NCBI GenBank assembly: GCA_963706285.1
Contig: CAVPLU010000016.1
Coordinates: 32,001 to 96,000 of the forward strand
Direction: 5' to 3'
Origin: Candidatus Bathyarchaeota archaeon
Lineage (GTDB): Archaea > Thermoproteota > Bathyarchaeia > 40CM-2-53-6
Length of the DNA: 64,000 bases
This document shows positions 1 through 10,554 of the stretch, piece by piece (positions within the stretch are counted from its first letter, which is position 1; each line of letters opens with the position of its first letter). Both the position numbers and the translations under genes were made by a program. Below the pieces are notes generated by a model. That model was not told where the DNA came from, did no database searches, and saw only the letters and a program-made list of their open reading frames with translations.

Positions 1-63
1 GGCCCAATCTACACAACTCGTGAGGTTAACCCGACGAAACGGAATATCCTCCTCGGCATTGTC

Positions 64-852
64 TTGGTGTTTTTTGCGGCGAGCTGGATTGTCCCGCGAG
101 TTGCTACGAACGGGACTCCGACAAAGTACTATTTCCAGTCGAAGGTTTTTGATTCAAAATACGCTCAATTCTCATGTGATGTCTTGAAGAAGAACTACTC
201 TACGAACGCCATGGATACTCCGTTGCCTACAGGTCCACTCTGCGAGAGCATATCATTCAAGTCGCTAATGTACCCGGGACTCCCTGCGGTGAATTCGATA
301 CCTGGGTTCTTTAGTAGAGCTTTGGTGGCTGCACACACCTTCAGTAATTTCAGACTGCATCTGTATCTGAAGGCTGGATCATGTATTGAGACACTTCTCT
401 CATGCAGACTGACAGTATCGCTCGGTTCATGGACATCCGTGAGTGGAACAAGCAATGCCAAGATTCAGTTCAAAACAACCGTGCTTGTGGATTCTAAAGT
501 AGCAGTGTTCGATACTCAGATTACCACTCCTGCGGGAATGGAAATCGTTGTACTTGCAGGTGAGGGACTCTCTATAGCCTTCGGAGACATTGCTGGTGGC
601 GAGGAGAGTTATTCGCAGCCGATCATCCAGTTTGGTGACGCCGCACACGCGAGCTATATTGAGACTGACTCCGTAAGTCTTGAAGGGCAGCCGATTCCAG
701 AGCTTTCTCTACCTTCAGTTGTCTTGGCCATCTCATTACTAGTGACATTTGCATTTATGACCAGACGCGGGGTAAGTGAGTCGGTCATGCCTACGAAAAG
801 CCCCGCAAGCTACAATTCATTATGGAGAGTTTCCGCGTCTACATTGCTCTAG
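64..852 (+). CDS. Secreted/surface protein with C-terminal PEF-CTERM-like sorting signal (start may lie further upstream)
   Basis: Hydrophobic N-terminus; near the C-terminus IPELS + TM helix (LPSVVLAISLLVTFAF) + basic TRR, the archaeosortase-type tripartite signal. Confidence 0.55.
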   Translation: MVFFAASWIVPRVATNGTPTKYYFQSKVFDSKYAQFSCDVLKKNYSTNAMDTPLPTGPLCESISFKSLMYPGLPAVNSIPGFFSRALVAAHTFSNFRLHLYLKAGSCIETLLSCRLTVSLGSWTSVSGTSNAKIQFKTTVLVDSKVAVFDTQITTPAGMEIVVLAGEGLSIAFGDIAGGEESYSQPIIQFGDAAHASYIETDSVSLEGQPIPELSLPSVVLAISLLVTFAFMTRRGVSESVMPTKSPASYNSLWRVSASTLL

Positions 853-923
853 CTCAAACACGACATTGTTAAAGAAGTCCAGACCCAATTCATTTGTGGA
901 TTTCTCAGAGGTATGCCGTCGAG

Positions 924-1553
924 ATGAAGAAGCTCGATCTAAAGAAACAGTTGAAGCACCTTTACGCTGCATCTGCTCGCAAGGTAGAGATTGTAGACGT
1001 GCCCAAATTCAATTTCGCCATGATCGATGGTGAAATTGAACCAAACCAGACACCAGCAACATCTGAGAAATTCCAGAATAGTGTGGGCGCGATTTATGGT
1101 GTCTCATTCACTCTGAAGTTCATGTCGAAACTGCGCAAAAAGAACCCGATTGACTACCCTGTGATGGCATTGGAAGGGCTCTGGTGGACGAATTCAGGAG
1201 AATTCGACTTCGCGAAGAGAGAGCCCTGGAAATGGACTGTGATGATCATGCAACCAAAGCATATCACGGAAAATATGCTAGAACAGGCAGTACAGCAGGT
1301 TAGAAAGAAGCGAGATAGCCTAGAGCTATCTGGAATCCGGCTTGAGAGCTTTCATGAAGGTCTCTCGATGCAGGCCATGCATGTTGGACCTTACTCTGAG
1401 GAACCACGCACTATTGATAAGATGAAGAGTTTTGCTCTCGAGCAGGGTTACGTTGCGAGCGGTAAGCATCACGAAATCTATCTTGGAGACCCGCGACGAG
1501 CCAAACCTGAGAAACTGAGAACGATACTGAGACAGCCAATAGCGACCAAATAG
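924..1553 (+). CDS. GyrI-like small-molecule-binding domain protein
   Basis: MKKLDLKK..LY, LEGLWW, W.WTVMIMQP, HVGPYSEE and HHEIYLGDPRR motifs. Confidence 0.85.
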   Translation: MKKLDLKKQLKHLYAASARKVEIVDVPKFNFAMIDGEIEPNQTPATSEKFQNSVGAIYGVSFTLKFMSKLRKKNPIDYPVMALEGLWWTNSGEFDFAKREPWKWTVMIMQPKHITENMLEQAVQQVRKKRDSLELSGIRLESFHEGLSMQAMHVGPYSEEPRTIDKMKSFALEQGYVASGKHHEIYLGDPRRAKPEKLRTILRQPIATK

Positions 1554-1606
1554 CAGCTCAGTCCTTGCGTTCGGCTATCCATGGTAACGCAACAGCCCCA
1601 AAGGAG

Positions 1607-1987
1607 CTACTCTTCAATCAGTTCGAGCCAGTTTCCGTCAGGATCTTTGATGAATGCTATCTGATGTGTTCCACCCTTCAGTTTGAACGGTTCCATTGCT
1701 ATCACGGTGCCGAGTGCACGTAGGTGCTCGATTGTGGCCTTCATATCCTCGACGCCTAGCGCGACATGATCAAAGTTGTCACCTTCAACAAGCTGCTTCT
1801 TGTCGCGCCAATGAGTTAATTCGATAGCGCTCCCGTCCGGATCTTCCAAGAAGGCGATCTCGGCGTTGTTCTCTTTGACTTCGAATCTTCGTGTAAGCTT
1901 CAGTCCCAGTCGGTCTCTATAGAAAGCAATTGATTTGTCCAGATCCATCACGTTCAGACAAGTGTGCATAATCCGCAAGCAAGCCAC
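1607..1987 (-). CDS. VOC family protein / lactoylglutathione lyase
   Basis: HTCLNVMDLDKSIAFY, IELT, FDHVALGVED, FIKDPDGNWLELIE. Confidence 0.85.
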   Translation of the reverse strand: MACLRIMHTCLNVMDLDKSIAFYRDRLGLKLTRRFEVKENNAEIAFLEDPDGSAIELTHWRDKKQLVEGDNFDHVALGVEDMKATIEHLRALGTVIAMEPFKLKGGTHQIAFIKDPDGNWLELIEE

Positions 1988-2127
1988 TCAACCAGAATAG
2001 CGAAACACTGACTCATTTGTATTATGAGAGTCGAGAAATCACATTAACGGATTATCTCGTGATTTCAACGAGATGATTTCCTGCCTGTGCACACACTGGG
2101 CCATTAGTTCAATCTCCGAAGGCCTAG

Positions 2128-3024
2128 CTAGATTTCGCCGATTAGGCGAGTGACTTTCTCGAGTGATTCCTTATACCGTTTGGTGAAGGGTAAGCTGAAT
2201 ACGAAATATTCAACGCCGGCATCGACGTAATCAATTATTTTCTTCTTAGCCTCATTGAAATCTCCAACAATGGCCCATTCCCTGATCTTACTGATGGTGT
2301 CACCGGTCTGTTCACTCAGAAACGTCGCAGACCGCTCAGCCTCCGCAGCCGTGTCTTCCATTATTAGATACACGTGCGCTGCCACCATGCGGACATCCGT
2401 AGGCTTCACCTGCTGCTTGAACTCTGCTCTACCTCGGCGGATTTCATCCAAAGTTGGATCTGTTGGGAACCATGCATCGTATCTGCTGGCTCGCCGAATG
2501 GCTGAGTGAGAGTTCCCGCCGATCCAGATTGGTGGCAATTTCTTGGGCGGCGTTCCGATCCTAGCATCCTTCACGGTGAAGTGCTCGCCCTTGAAACTGA
2601 ACGCTTCACCTTTCCAGAGTGCATGCATGATCTCAAGGCACTCGTCTGTGATTGCTCCCCTCTTTTCGAACCGTACTCCCAAAGTCTCAAACTCACTGCG
2701 GTCCCAACCAACACCCACACCTAACATGAAACGTCCACCGGACGCTTCTTGAATGGTCCCTGTAATGTCAGCAAGGAGAACTGGGTTCCTAAGAGAAGCG
2801 ATGAGTACCGAGGTCCCGAGATGGATTTTCTTGGTGGCACCAGACAGGGCTGCCAGCGATGTGAGCGGCTCATATAGACCACCAGACGCACTCGAAAGAA
2901 TGTGATCGGCGACCCACACCGATTCGAAACCCAAGTCCTCGCACTTCGTTGCATATGCAACAATGTCTCGGAAATTGGCGTTTGATGAAGAAGGGAGATG
3001 AATCCCGAACATTGGTTTTGTCAT
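2128..3024 (-). CDS. LLM class flavin/F420-dependent oxidoreductase
   Basis: GFESVWVADH, LGTSV, SGGRFMLGVGVGW, PPIWIGG. Confidence 0.9.
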   Translation of the reverse strand: MTKPMFGIHLPSSSNANFRDIVAYATKCEDLGFESVWVADHILSSASGGLYEPLTSLAALSGATKKIHLGTSVLIASLRNPVLLADITGTIQEASGGRFMLGVGVGWDRSEFETLGVRFEKRGAITDECLEIMHALWKGEAFSFKGEHFTVKDARIGTPPKKLPPIWIGGNSHSAIRRASRYDAWFPTDPTLDEIRRGRAEFKQQVKPTDVRMVAAHVYLIMEDTAAEAERSATFLSEQTGDTISKIREWAIVGDFNEAKKKIIDYVDAGVEYFVFSLPFTKRYKESLEKVTRLIGEI

Positions 3025-3076
3025 AACGCATCACGCATGTATCGAGACTTTTCATCCTAGATTCTCTAGGTCATGC

Positions 3077-4399
3077 CTACATTGCAACGTATTGGACTCG
3101 TCTGAGTTTCTCGCCTTCAGGCTGAGGCGCCAATTGTTTGTCTACGCGGAGCTGCATGAAGTGAACCACATTGTCAGCTACCTTGTGGAGTCTGCTAAGA
3201 GCGAGCGGGTTGTCTCTGATCTTCTGAAGATCCGCTTTCGTATTCTCAGCAAGGTTGGAGAGGTTGTACCATATTCCGAAAGGCGGCAACACGTACCCAA
3301 GGTTCTGAAGCACGAGAAAAACGTCCCACGCGACCTTGTAGGCTCCATCTTCGTGACCGTTTACGAAGATGCCGACTGGGCGGCCCGCCCAATCTACATG
3401 CCCCATTTGGAGGCCTATGTCCTGCATGTTGGTCATTCTATCCAAGAAGACCTTCAAGCGGCTGTTCATTCCCTCCCAGTTTATCGCTGTCACGATTATC
3501 AGTGATTTAGCTCGAACGAGTTTCGGGTAGATTTTTTGCATGTCATCATGCAGGTTGTTGCATGGGAATCGACAATCGTCGTCGGCCAGCGAGTAACATG
3601 CCCAGTTGTGCTCTATCTTGCACTTCGAAAGATCAACCCACTCGTACACCAAGTCTGGATGCGTCTCTTTGAGATGTTCAAGGATCTTTGGCGCTATGTA
3701 ACCACTTACGATGTGCTGCGGATGAGCGCTAGCGCTGATGATCAGCACGTCTATCGGCTGTTGCTTAGCAATGCTGCGCCATATCTCAAGACGCCGAGAG
3801 ACTAACTCGCCCTTCAGAATTCCCTTGGTAAGATACTCGGTTGTTACTTCTTCATCGATTGCGTAAGTCGATGTGTGAGTCAAGTCTTTCGAAAGAACAC
3901 TCAGAACCCTATCTTTTGGCTGAATTAGTTCTTGTGGTGCTCGACATTTCGTACATTTCACAGGCGGCAGCTTTCCCGCGTATTCGTTCATGCAGACGAG
4001 ACATTTCCATTCAAAGCTGTCGTCATTTTGTGGTTGCGGCTTCTGAGGCGCAAGTTCGATCTCATCTTCTGCGCTCCTACCCTGAGAGATTGGCTCCACG
4101 GAGACGAATACGTCATCTCCTTCAGCCTTCACAGCATAAGTTTCAACTCTTTCCGGTGCACCGCCTGGTGACTGTCCGGTCTTCGGGTCATAGTGATACC
4201 CGTGCCATGGACAAACGACGTGTCCATTCTTGTCCAGGTGGCCGTCGATGAGGGGTCCGCCAATATGAGCGCAAACGTTCGATATTCCGTAGTATTTCCC
4301 GTCGATCTGGAAGATCGCTACCTGTCTCCCGTCCACAAGTGCGAGGTACCTGTTGTGGACGAAGTCTTTCTTTGAGCATACTCGAACAAACGAGGCCAT
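3077..4399 (-). CDS. Rieske [2Fe-2S] + rubredoxin-like + flavodoxin/FMN-reductase-like fusion protein
   Basis: CAH..GPL and CPWHG Rieske motifs; WKCLVC...PPVKCTKC; C-terminal flavodoxin-like fold (DDMQKIYPKL, SRLKVFLDRM). Confidence 0.75.
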   Translation of the reverse strand: MASFVRVCSKKDFVHNRYLALVDGRQVAIFQIDGKYYGISNVCAHIGGPLIDGHLDKNGHVVCPWHGYHYDPKTGQSPGGAPERVETYAVKAEGDDVFVSVEPISQGRSAEDEIELAPQKPQPQNDDSFEWKCLVCMNEYAGKLPPVKCTKCRAPQELIQPKDRVLSVLSKDLTHTSTYAIDEEVTTEYLTKGILKGELVSRRLEIWRSIAKQQPIDVLIISASAHPQHIVSGYIAPKILEHLKETHPDLVYEWVDLSKCKIEHNWACYSLADDDCRFPCNNLHDDMQKIYPKLVRAKSLIIVTAINWEGMNSRLKVFLDRMTNMQDIGLQMGHVDWAGRPVGIFVNGHEDGAYKVAWDVFLVLQNLGYVLPPFGIWYNLSNLAENTKADLQKIRDNPLALSRLHKVADNVVHFMQLRVDKQLAPQPEGEKLRRVQYVAM

Positions 4400-4614
4400 A
4401 CCCTCTTGTGAAGAACGACTTCATGAAAAACGTACTCATCCACCGTTAGCATCTTTCGTGAGACCGCACGACCAGGTAAACAAAAGATCGTCAGGAATCA
4501 CCTCAGGACCATGTTGAGAGAGGAAGGATTGTTCTTGGGGCTGGAGAGAATCAACCAGTACGATAATTAGGCGCTCGAACAATCCTAGCGACGCTCGCAT
4601 CAGGCGTCCTGGCT

Positions 4615-6012
4615 ATGGATAATCATGTCGAGAATTTGGTGATTGGCGGCGGCCCTGGCGGATACGTGGCCGCGATCAGACTCGGCCAATTGGGCCGAGA
4701 GACTATGTTAGTTGAGAAAGACAAGACGCTAGGCGGTGTCTGCGTCAATGTTGGATGTATCCCCTCGAAAACAATTGTCCGTGCCGCCAAATTGATGAAG
4801 GATATCTATCGAGCTCAAGATTTCGGGATAGAGATTTCTCAACCTAAGATGGATCTTCAGAAACTCCAGGTATGGAAGAAGGGCGTCGTTGACAGACTCA
4901 CGCAGGGTATAGCATACCTCTGCAAGGGGAACAAGGTGAATGTCGTTTATGGTGAGGCAAGATTCCAAGGCCCACACCGGGTCGAGATCAGCGGCACAGA
5001 GGGATTGCGTGTGGTTGATGCGGACAATGTGATTATCGCAACCGGTTCGCGTCCCGTGGAGATACCGTCATTCAAGTTCGACGGACAGTTTGTGATCACT
5101 GCAACGGAAGCGCTCTCATTTACGGAAGCGCCGCGTAATTTTGTCATCATCGGTGGCGGAGTCAGCGGCCTTGAGCTTGGAATGGCGTACGCACGCTTTG
5201 GCAGCCATGTCACCGTGATCGAGATGCTTGACCAACTCCTGCCCGGAACCGATATTGAACTAGTGAGAGTGGTCGAGCGCACATTGAGAAAGCTGGGCGT
5301 GGAGACGCATCTGAAGGCTCGCGCCAAATGGGCGAAGGACGGCAAGGTTGGTGCTCAGCTTTCCGATGGTAAGGAGATTGAGGTTCCAGCGGACAAGGTG
5401 ATGGTTGTTGTTGGCAGACGACCGAACTCTGATCAGATCGGACTTGAGACCACAGGAGTCAAGACAGATCAAGGAGGATTCATCCAAGTAAACGCGCAGA
5501 TGCAGACCAACGTGTCTGGCATATACGCAATAGGAGACATTGTTGGTCAACCATTGCTTGCTCACAAGGCATCGAAGCAGGGCACAGTAGCAGCCGAGGT
5601 GATTGCGGGTGAAGCGAGCGCCGCGGATTTCAAGGCGATCCCGGGCGCTATCTGGACTGATCCTGAAATCGCTACCGTAGGCTTGACAGAAACGGAAGCG
5701 AAGAAGCAAGGATACGAAGTGATCGTCGGAAAATTCCCGTTCACTGCATTGGGCCGAGCAGTCGCAGTGGGCGAGACAGACGGATTCATCAAAGTCGTCG
5801 CCGACAAGAAGAGCGAACAGATACTTGGAGTGCATATGGTCGGCGCTGACGTAACCGACCTAATCAGCGAAGCCACGCTGGCAATTGAGATGGGCGCAAC
5901 ATTAGACGACCTAGCACTGACGGTTCACCCCCACCCGACACTGCCAGAGGCCCTAATGGAAGCAACCGAAGCAGCCAAAGGAAAGGCAATCGACATCTTG
6001 AAGCAACTATGA
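4615..6012 (+). CDS. lpdA: Dihydrolipoyl dehydrogenase (E3)
   Basis: GGGPGGY, GGVCVNVGCIPSK redox disulfide, HPHPTLPE. Confidence 0.95.
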   Translation: MDNHVENLVIGGGPGGYVAAIRLGQLGRETMLVEKDKTLGGVCVNVGCIPSKTIVRAAKLMKDIYRAQDFGIEISQPKMDLQKLQVWKKGVVDRLTQGIAYLCKGNKVNVVYGEARFQGPHRVEISGTEGLRVVDADNVIIATGSRPVEIPSFKFDGQFVITATEALSFTEAPRNFVIIGGGVSGLELGMAYARFGSHVTVIEMLDQLLPGTDIELVRVVERTLRKLGVETHLKARAKWAKDGKVGAQLSDGKEIEVPADKVMVVVGRRPNSDQIGLETTGVKTDQGGFIQVNAQMQTNVSGIYAIGDIVGQPLLAHKASKQGTVAAEVIAGEASAADFKAIPGAIWTDPEIATVGLTETEAKKQGYEVIVGKFPFTALGRAVAVGETDGFIKVVADKKSEQILGVHMVGADVTDLISEATLAIEMGATLDDLALTVHPHPTLPEALMEATEAAKGKAIDILKQL

Positions 6013-6702
6013 ACAAAACACTCCTCGTAGATCTTCAGACCCGTGAATACAAAGAGACCTGGGAACTACAACGCAGGCTCGTGGAGCTGCGAGCGCGAGC
6101 GCTTATTCCGGATATTCTGCTTCTCGTTGAGCACCCACACGTAATCACGATGGGCACATCAGCGAAGGCTGAGAATATTCTGTCCAAGAGATTTCCAGTT
6201 TATGAAGTGGAAAGGGGTGGAGACGTCACGTATCACGGATATGGTCAACTGGTCGGATACCCGATCATTGACCTAACCCAACGAGACAAAGACATCAGAC
6301 GATACGTGAGAAGCCTTGAGGTTACTCTCATTGAGACTCTCGATCATTTCGGAATCTCAGCCCAGAGGATAGAGGGCCGTACAGGAGTCTGGATCGTCGA
6401 ACAACAACTCCGGAAAAAGATCGCCTCGATCGGTGTAGCCGTTCGCAGCTGGGTCACATTTCACGGTTTCGCTCTCAACGTCTCAACTGACCTCTCCTGC
6501 TTCTCCGCTATCAATCCTTGCGGCTACGAGAGCGGAGTAATGACATCGGTCAGTGAGCAGCTGAGCGAAGCAAGTGCCAGTTGCAGCGGCAAAAGAACCC
6601 CTCACGAAAGCATTCGAGCATGTTTTTGCGACGGAACTTGAAACAGTTAGCGAAGAACAGCTAACACGCTTGCCGGAAAACGATACTTCAGTCAGAACCT
6701 GA
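6009..6702 (+). CDS. lipB: Lipoyl(octanoyl) transferase; C-terminal frameshift near 6567
   Basis: LLVEHPHVITMG, RGGDVTYHGYGQLVGYPI, KIASIG, HGFALNV, INPCG; alternative frame continues to TGA at 6700-6702. Confidence 0.85.
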
Positions 6703-6707
6703 TCGAG

Positions 6708-7755
6708 CTAGTCTTGGCAGGCGCCAAATGAGCGCGATGACTCCAGCGTGGGCACGCTGAGTTCGCTACTTCTGAAATATGGCTCTCGGATAAGCACGGC
6801 ACGTTTGAACAACTCCGCGATCTCGTCGTCCGAACTCCCTGACTCTCATGCTTGTTAGGAAGTCCACGTGGTTGTCTTCACGGAGCAAGCATGGCTTGAA
6901 TTTTCCGTCATGCGTAATCCTCATTCTGTTGTTTTTCATGCAGAATTCTGAGTTGTGCATGGGGCGCACAACTTCAACTGTGACTCCGTTTGGCAAGACG
7001 TATCTTGGGCGATTATGCATTCCGCGTCTGTAGACTGTGACTGCTTGAGACTTCAAGCGCTCTTCTATTGGCGCTAGGTCACAGTGATACTTCTTGTAGA
7101 ACTCTGGATCCGTGACAACGAGCTCAATCAGCTGAAGGATGACCTCACCATTGCCTCCCGAAGAGTGAACGAATTCTATCATGTCCTCGATCTCGTCTTC
7201 GTTGATACTCTTCATCAATGTCACGTTCAGTTTGACTGGTAGGAGTTTTGCCGATATCGCGGCGCTCACTGCGGTGATTGCCTTGTCGTATCCGTCGACT
7301 CCTGCAATGAACTTGAAACGGTCTTTGCGGAGGCTGTGAAGGCTAATGTTAACTCTCGACAAACCAGCATCATGTAACTTTGTGGCAAGTTCTGGAAAAC
7401 GTGTCCCGTTCGTTGTCATAGAGAGTTCACGCAAACCCACGCTTTTGAGATGCTGCACAATTTCGATTATGTCGTGTCGGAGCATTGGCTCTCCGCCAGT
7501 CAGCTTGACTACCTCGATTCCAAAACGGGAGAGAACTTGGACCACACGTTGTATCTCGTCGGCAGTCATCAAGATTGAATTAGATGATTTGACGCCTTCC
7601 ATGTGGCAGTGAATGCATCTGAAGTTGCATGTCGAGCTTGAATTGAGTGAAATCCTAATGTTGGTGACGGGCCTGCCGAACCTGTCAATGAGGGCAGGGC
7701 CGGGAGTGGCTCTTCGAGTCTGATCGAAACCCAGGTAAGGTTTGTGGAAGCCCAA
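6708..7755 (-). CDS. moaA: GTP 3',8-cyclase (radical SAM); frameshift near 6843
   Basis: LIDRFGR, CNFRCIHC, LTGGEP, NRMRITHDGKFKPCL; alternative frame gives ELFKRAVLIREPYF to stop at 6708. Confidence 0.9.
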
Positions 7756-7995
7756 CGCTGTCCCGCTACAACGACAACACGGCCGATTTAAGCAGTTACC
7801 AGCCTCCGTCGATCGTTCACAGCAAGCCTACAAGCCTGCAACGTATGGAATCGTGTTGGACTTGCAGTGAAGACAGCGTATTCAATTCAACGTTAGTCTT
7901 ATAGGTTCTAGGGGGAACGTACTCGCGGCCATACCCTCAACAAACATGGGATAGAGCCTAGATCCAGCGATCCTATTGTCGGCGTGAACCCGGTC

Positions 7996-8268
7996 ATGGA
8001 ACAATCAAACCTAGTTCGCATCGGCAAGAAACCTATCATGAATTATGTGGTCGCTTGCGTCACACTGTTCAATTCGGGCGCCGACGAGGTTATGGTCCGT
8101 GCGAGAGGCCAGGCAATCACAAAAGCCGTTGAAACAGTCCTGATGCTTAGAAACTCGTTTGTTAAAGACCTCGACATTGAAGACATAACGATCGGATCTG
8201 AAGAAGTCACAAGACTAGACGGGACACGAGGCAGTATCTCAACAATAGAGATCCTGCTCGGAAAGTAG
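7996..8268 (+). CDS. albA: DNA/RNA-binding protein Alba
   Basis: IGKKPIMNYV, ARGQAITKAV, IGSE, STIEI. Confidence 0.9.
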   Translation: MEQSNLVRIGKKPIMNYVVACVTLFNSGADEVMVRARGQAITKAVETVLMLRNSFVKDLDIEDITIGSEEVTRLDGTRGSISTIEILLGK

Positions 8269-8354
8269 TAGAACGAGAGCTCACCAGTTTCCCAGTTGCC
8301 CCAAATCCTTTTTGACCCGACACGAGTAGCTTTCGGCCTGCCGGTAAGACCGTA

Positions 8355-9704
8355 ATGAGTGGGAAGGCGACGTATCCGAAGATCGTAGTCACACCCCCAG
8401 GACCTAAGGCTCGCGAGCTTGTCCGCAGCGATGAATCCTACATCTCAAGTTCCATGGTAAGATGGTATCCGCTTGTAGCAGAATCAGGATCAGGATGCAT
8501 CGTCAAAGACGTGGATGGTAACGAATTCATCGACTTCAACTCCGGATTGGCTGTTCTCAACGTGGGTCACTGCCATCCAAAGGTCGTCAGCGCAATCACC
8601 GAACAGACCAAGAAGCTGATCCACTACTCCTACACCGACTTCTACTATCAACCGATAATCGATCTCAGCAGAGAACTCACCAAGATCACGCCCGGTGCCC
8701 ACGCGAAGAGGGTCTTCTTCTGCAACAGCGGCACCGAAGCGATCGAAGCTGCGATGAAAATGACCAAGTGGCACACGCGCAACAGCCTATTCCTGAGCTA
8801 TACAGGCGCATTTCATGGACGAACCCTTGGAGCAGTCAGTCTAACCGCAAGCAAACCAGTGCAACGTAGACACTTCTTTCCCCTTGTACCCGGCACGACG
8901 CACGTACCCTATCCGTACTGTTACCGTTGCCCATTCCATCTAACCTATCCCGAATGTGATCGCTGGTGTGTAGACTTCATCGAGGAGGAGGTCCTCAACA
9001 AGTACGTTCCAGCTGAGAATGTTGCCGCGATGTTTGTTGAGAGCATCCAGGGCGAAGGAGGATATGTGGTTCCGCCCGACGACTACTTCACACGACTACA
9101 GAAGCTCCTCGAAAAACATAACATAATCATGATCGACGACGAGATCCAGTCAGGAATCGGCAGAACAGGCAAATGGTTCGCAATCGAGCACTTTAACGTA
9201 ATTCCGGATGCAGTCTGTATCGCGAAGGCAATAGGCTCCGGCCTTCCTATAGGGGCGCTCATCAGCAAAGATGAGATGATGGACTGGGAAGGCGGATCAC
9301 ACGCTTCGACATTCGGTGGAAACCCAGTCGCCTGCGCTGCAGGCCTCGCAGTCATCGACGTGATCAAACAGGAGCACCTGCTTGAGAACGCTACCAAACA
9401 AGGAGCGCACCTAATGAATCGCCTCAAAGAAATGCAACGCAAGTATCCCATAATCGGCGACGTACGCGGCAAAGGACTCATGGTCGGCGCCGAGATCGTC
9501 AAAGACCCAGACACAAAAGAACCTGGATCGGAACTATCACGAGAGATCATGACGAAATGCTTCAAACGAGGACTCGCAATCATAACATCAGGCAAATCCA
9601 CAATGCGATTCGTACCCCCGCTAGTGATCACGCGAGAACTACTAGACGCCGGACTCGACGTGTTCGAAGGCGCAGTCAAAGAAGTCGCAGGTTCCGCAAA
9701 ATAG
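8355..9704 (+). CDS. Class III PLP aminotransferase (acetylornithine/4-aminobutyrate type)
   Basis: DVDGNEFIDF, NSGTEAIEAA, FHGRT, DEIQSGIGRTG, AKAIGSG, STFGGNP. Confidence 0.9.
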   Translation: MSGKATYPKIVVTPPGPKARELVRSDESYISSSMVRWYPLVAESGSGCIVKDVDGNEFIDFNSGLAVLNVGHCHPKVVSAITEQTKKLIHYSYTDFYYQPIIDLSRELTKITPGAHAKRVFFCNSGTEAIEAAMKMTKWHTRNSLFLSYTGAFHGRTLGAVSLTASKPVQRRHFFPLVPGTTHVPYPYCYRCPFHLTYPECDRWCVDFIEEEVLNKYVPAENVAAMFVESIQGEGGYVVPPDDYFTRLQKLLEKHNIIMIDDEIQSGIGRTGKWFAIEHFNVIPDAVCIAKAIGSGLPIGALISKDEMMDWEGGSHASTFGGNPVACAAGLAVIDVIKQEHLLENATKQGAHLMNRLKEMQRKYPIIGDVRGKGLMVGAEIVKDPDTKEPGSELSREIMTKCFKRGLAIITSGKSTMRFVPPLVITRELLDAGLDVFEGAVKEVAGSAK

Positions 9705-9720
9705 ACAACCCTGTCAGGTT

Positions 9721-10434
9721 TTGGCCGCAGGGAAGCCCTTGGTAACGAGACACCCGTCACTCGCCTTGCAGAAACAAATGCTCGACACGATTCTGCGCCG
9801 ATTCCCAGTGCGAAACCGACCCGGTTCCACTTCCGCGTTTGAAACCCTGATCCAGACTGTCCTGTCGCAGAATACAAGTGACGTGAACAGTGGCAGAGCG
9901 ATGGAAAGGCTTCAGAGCCGGCTTGATATCACGCCTGAAGTTCTTTCGCGGACTCCTATCGACGAACTGATTGAATCTATTCGTCCTGCAGGACTTTACA
10001 GAGTTAAGGCTCCCAGGATCAAAGAGATCTCATCGATAATCATCAATCGATTCAGCGGCGATTTTGATTCCATCCTGAAAAGGAGACCCGAAGAGGCACG
10101 ATCGATCCTAACGGAGCTGCCTGGCGTCGGCTACAAGACCGCAGACGTCGTGCTCGCGTTCGTTACGGGTCACCCGACAATTCCAGTTGACACACACGTG
10201 ATGAGAGTGAGCAAACGGCTGGGGATAACTCGAAAGAATGCGGGTTATGAAGAGATCAGACTCGGGCTTGAGAGGCTCGTGCCTCCTAATCGGAGGGTGA
10301 GAATGCATCTCTCTCTGATTCGATTTGGACGTGAGATCTGCAAGGCACCAAAACCGCTGTGCCCTCAATGCCCAGTGAATAGAACCTGCCCAAGCTCCAC
10401 AACACGTGTGAGAATCCAACACCACATGGTCTAG
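9721..10434 (+). CDS. nth: Endonuclease III (HhH-GPD glycosylase, 4Fe-4S)
   Basis: LSQNT, LPGVGYKTA, VDTHV, C-x6-C-x2-C-x5-C. Confidence 0.9.
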   Translation: MAAGKPLVTRHPSLALQKQMLDTILRRFPVRNRPGSTSAFETLIQTVLSQNTSDVNSGRAMERLQSRLDITPEVLSRTPIDELIESIRPAGLYRVKAPRIKEISSIIINRFSGDFDSILKRRPEEARSILTELPGVGYKTADVVLAFVTGHPTIPVDTHVMRVSKRLGITRKNAGYEEIRLGLERLVPPNRRVRMHLSLIRFGREICKAPKPLCPQCPVNRTCPSSTTRVRIQHHMV

Positions 10435-10554
10435 CTCTAATACACCGAATATATGTCATCTCCACATTCATATTATGGCGAAATCACCATTTTATAACAA
10501 CATTTCCAACAACTAATATACTGTCAAATACGCCCTATAGCTCCCGACCTTCAA

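Noticed and set aside
9083-9877. Long antisense ORF (264 aa) and similar shadow ORFs
   Set aside because: Lies opposite well-supported genes and has no motifs of its own
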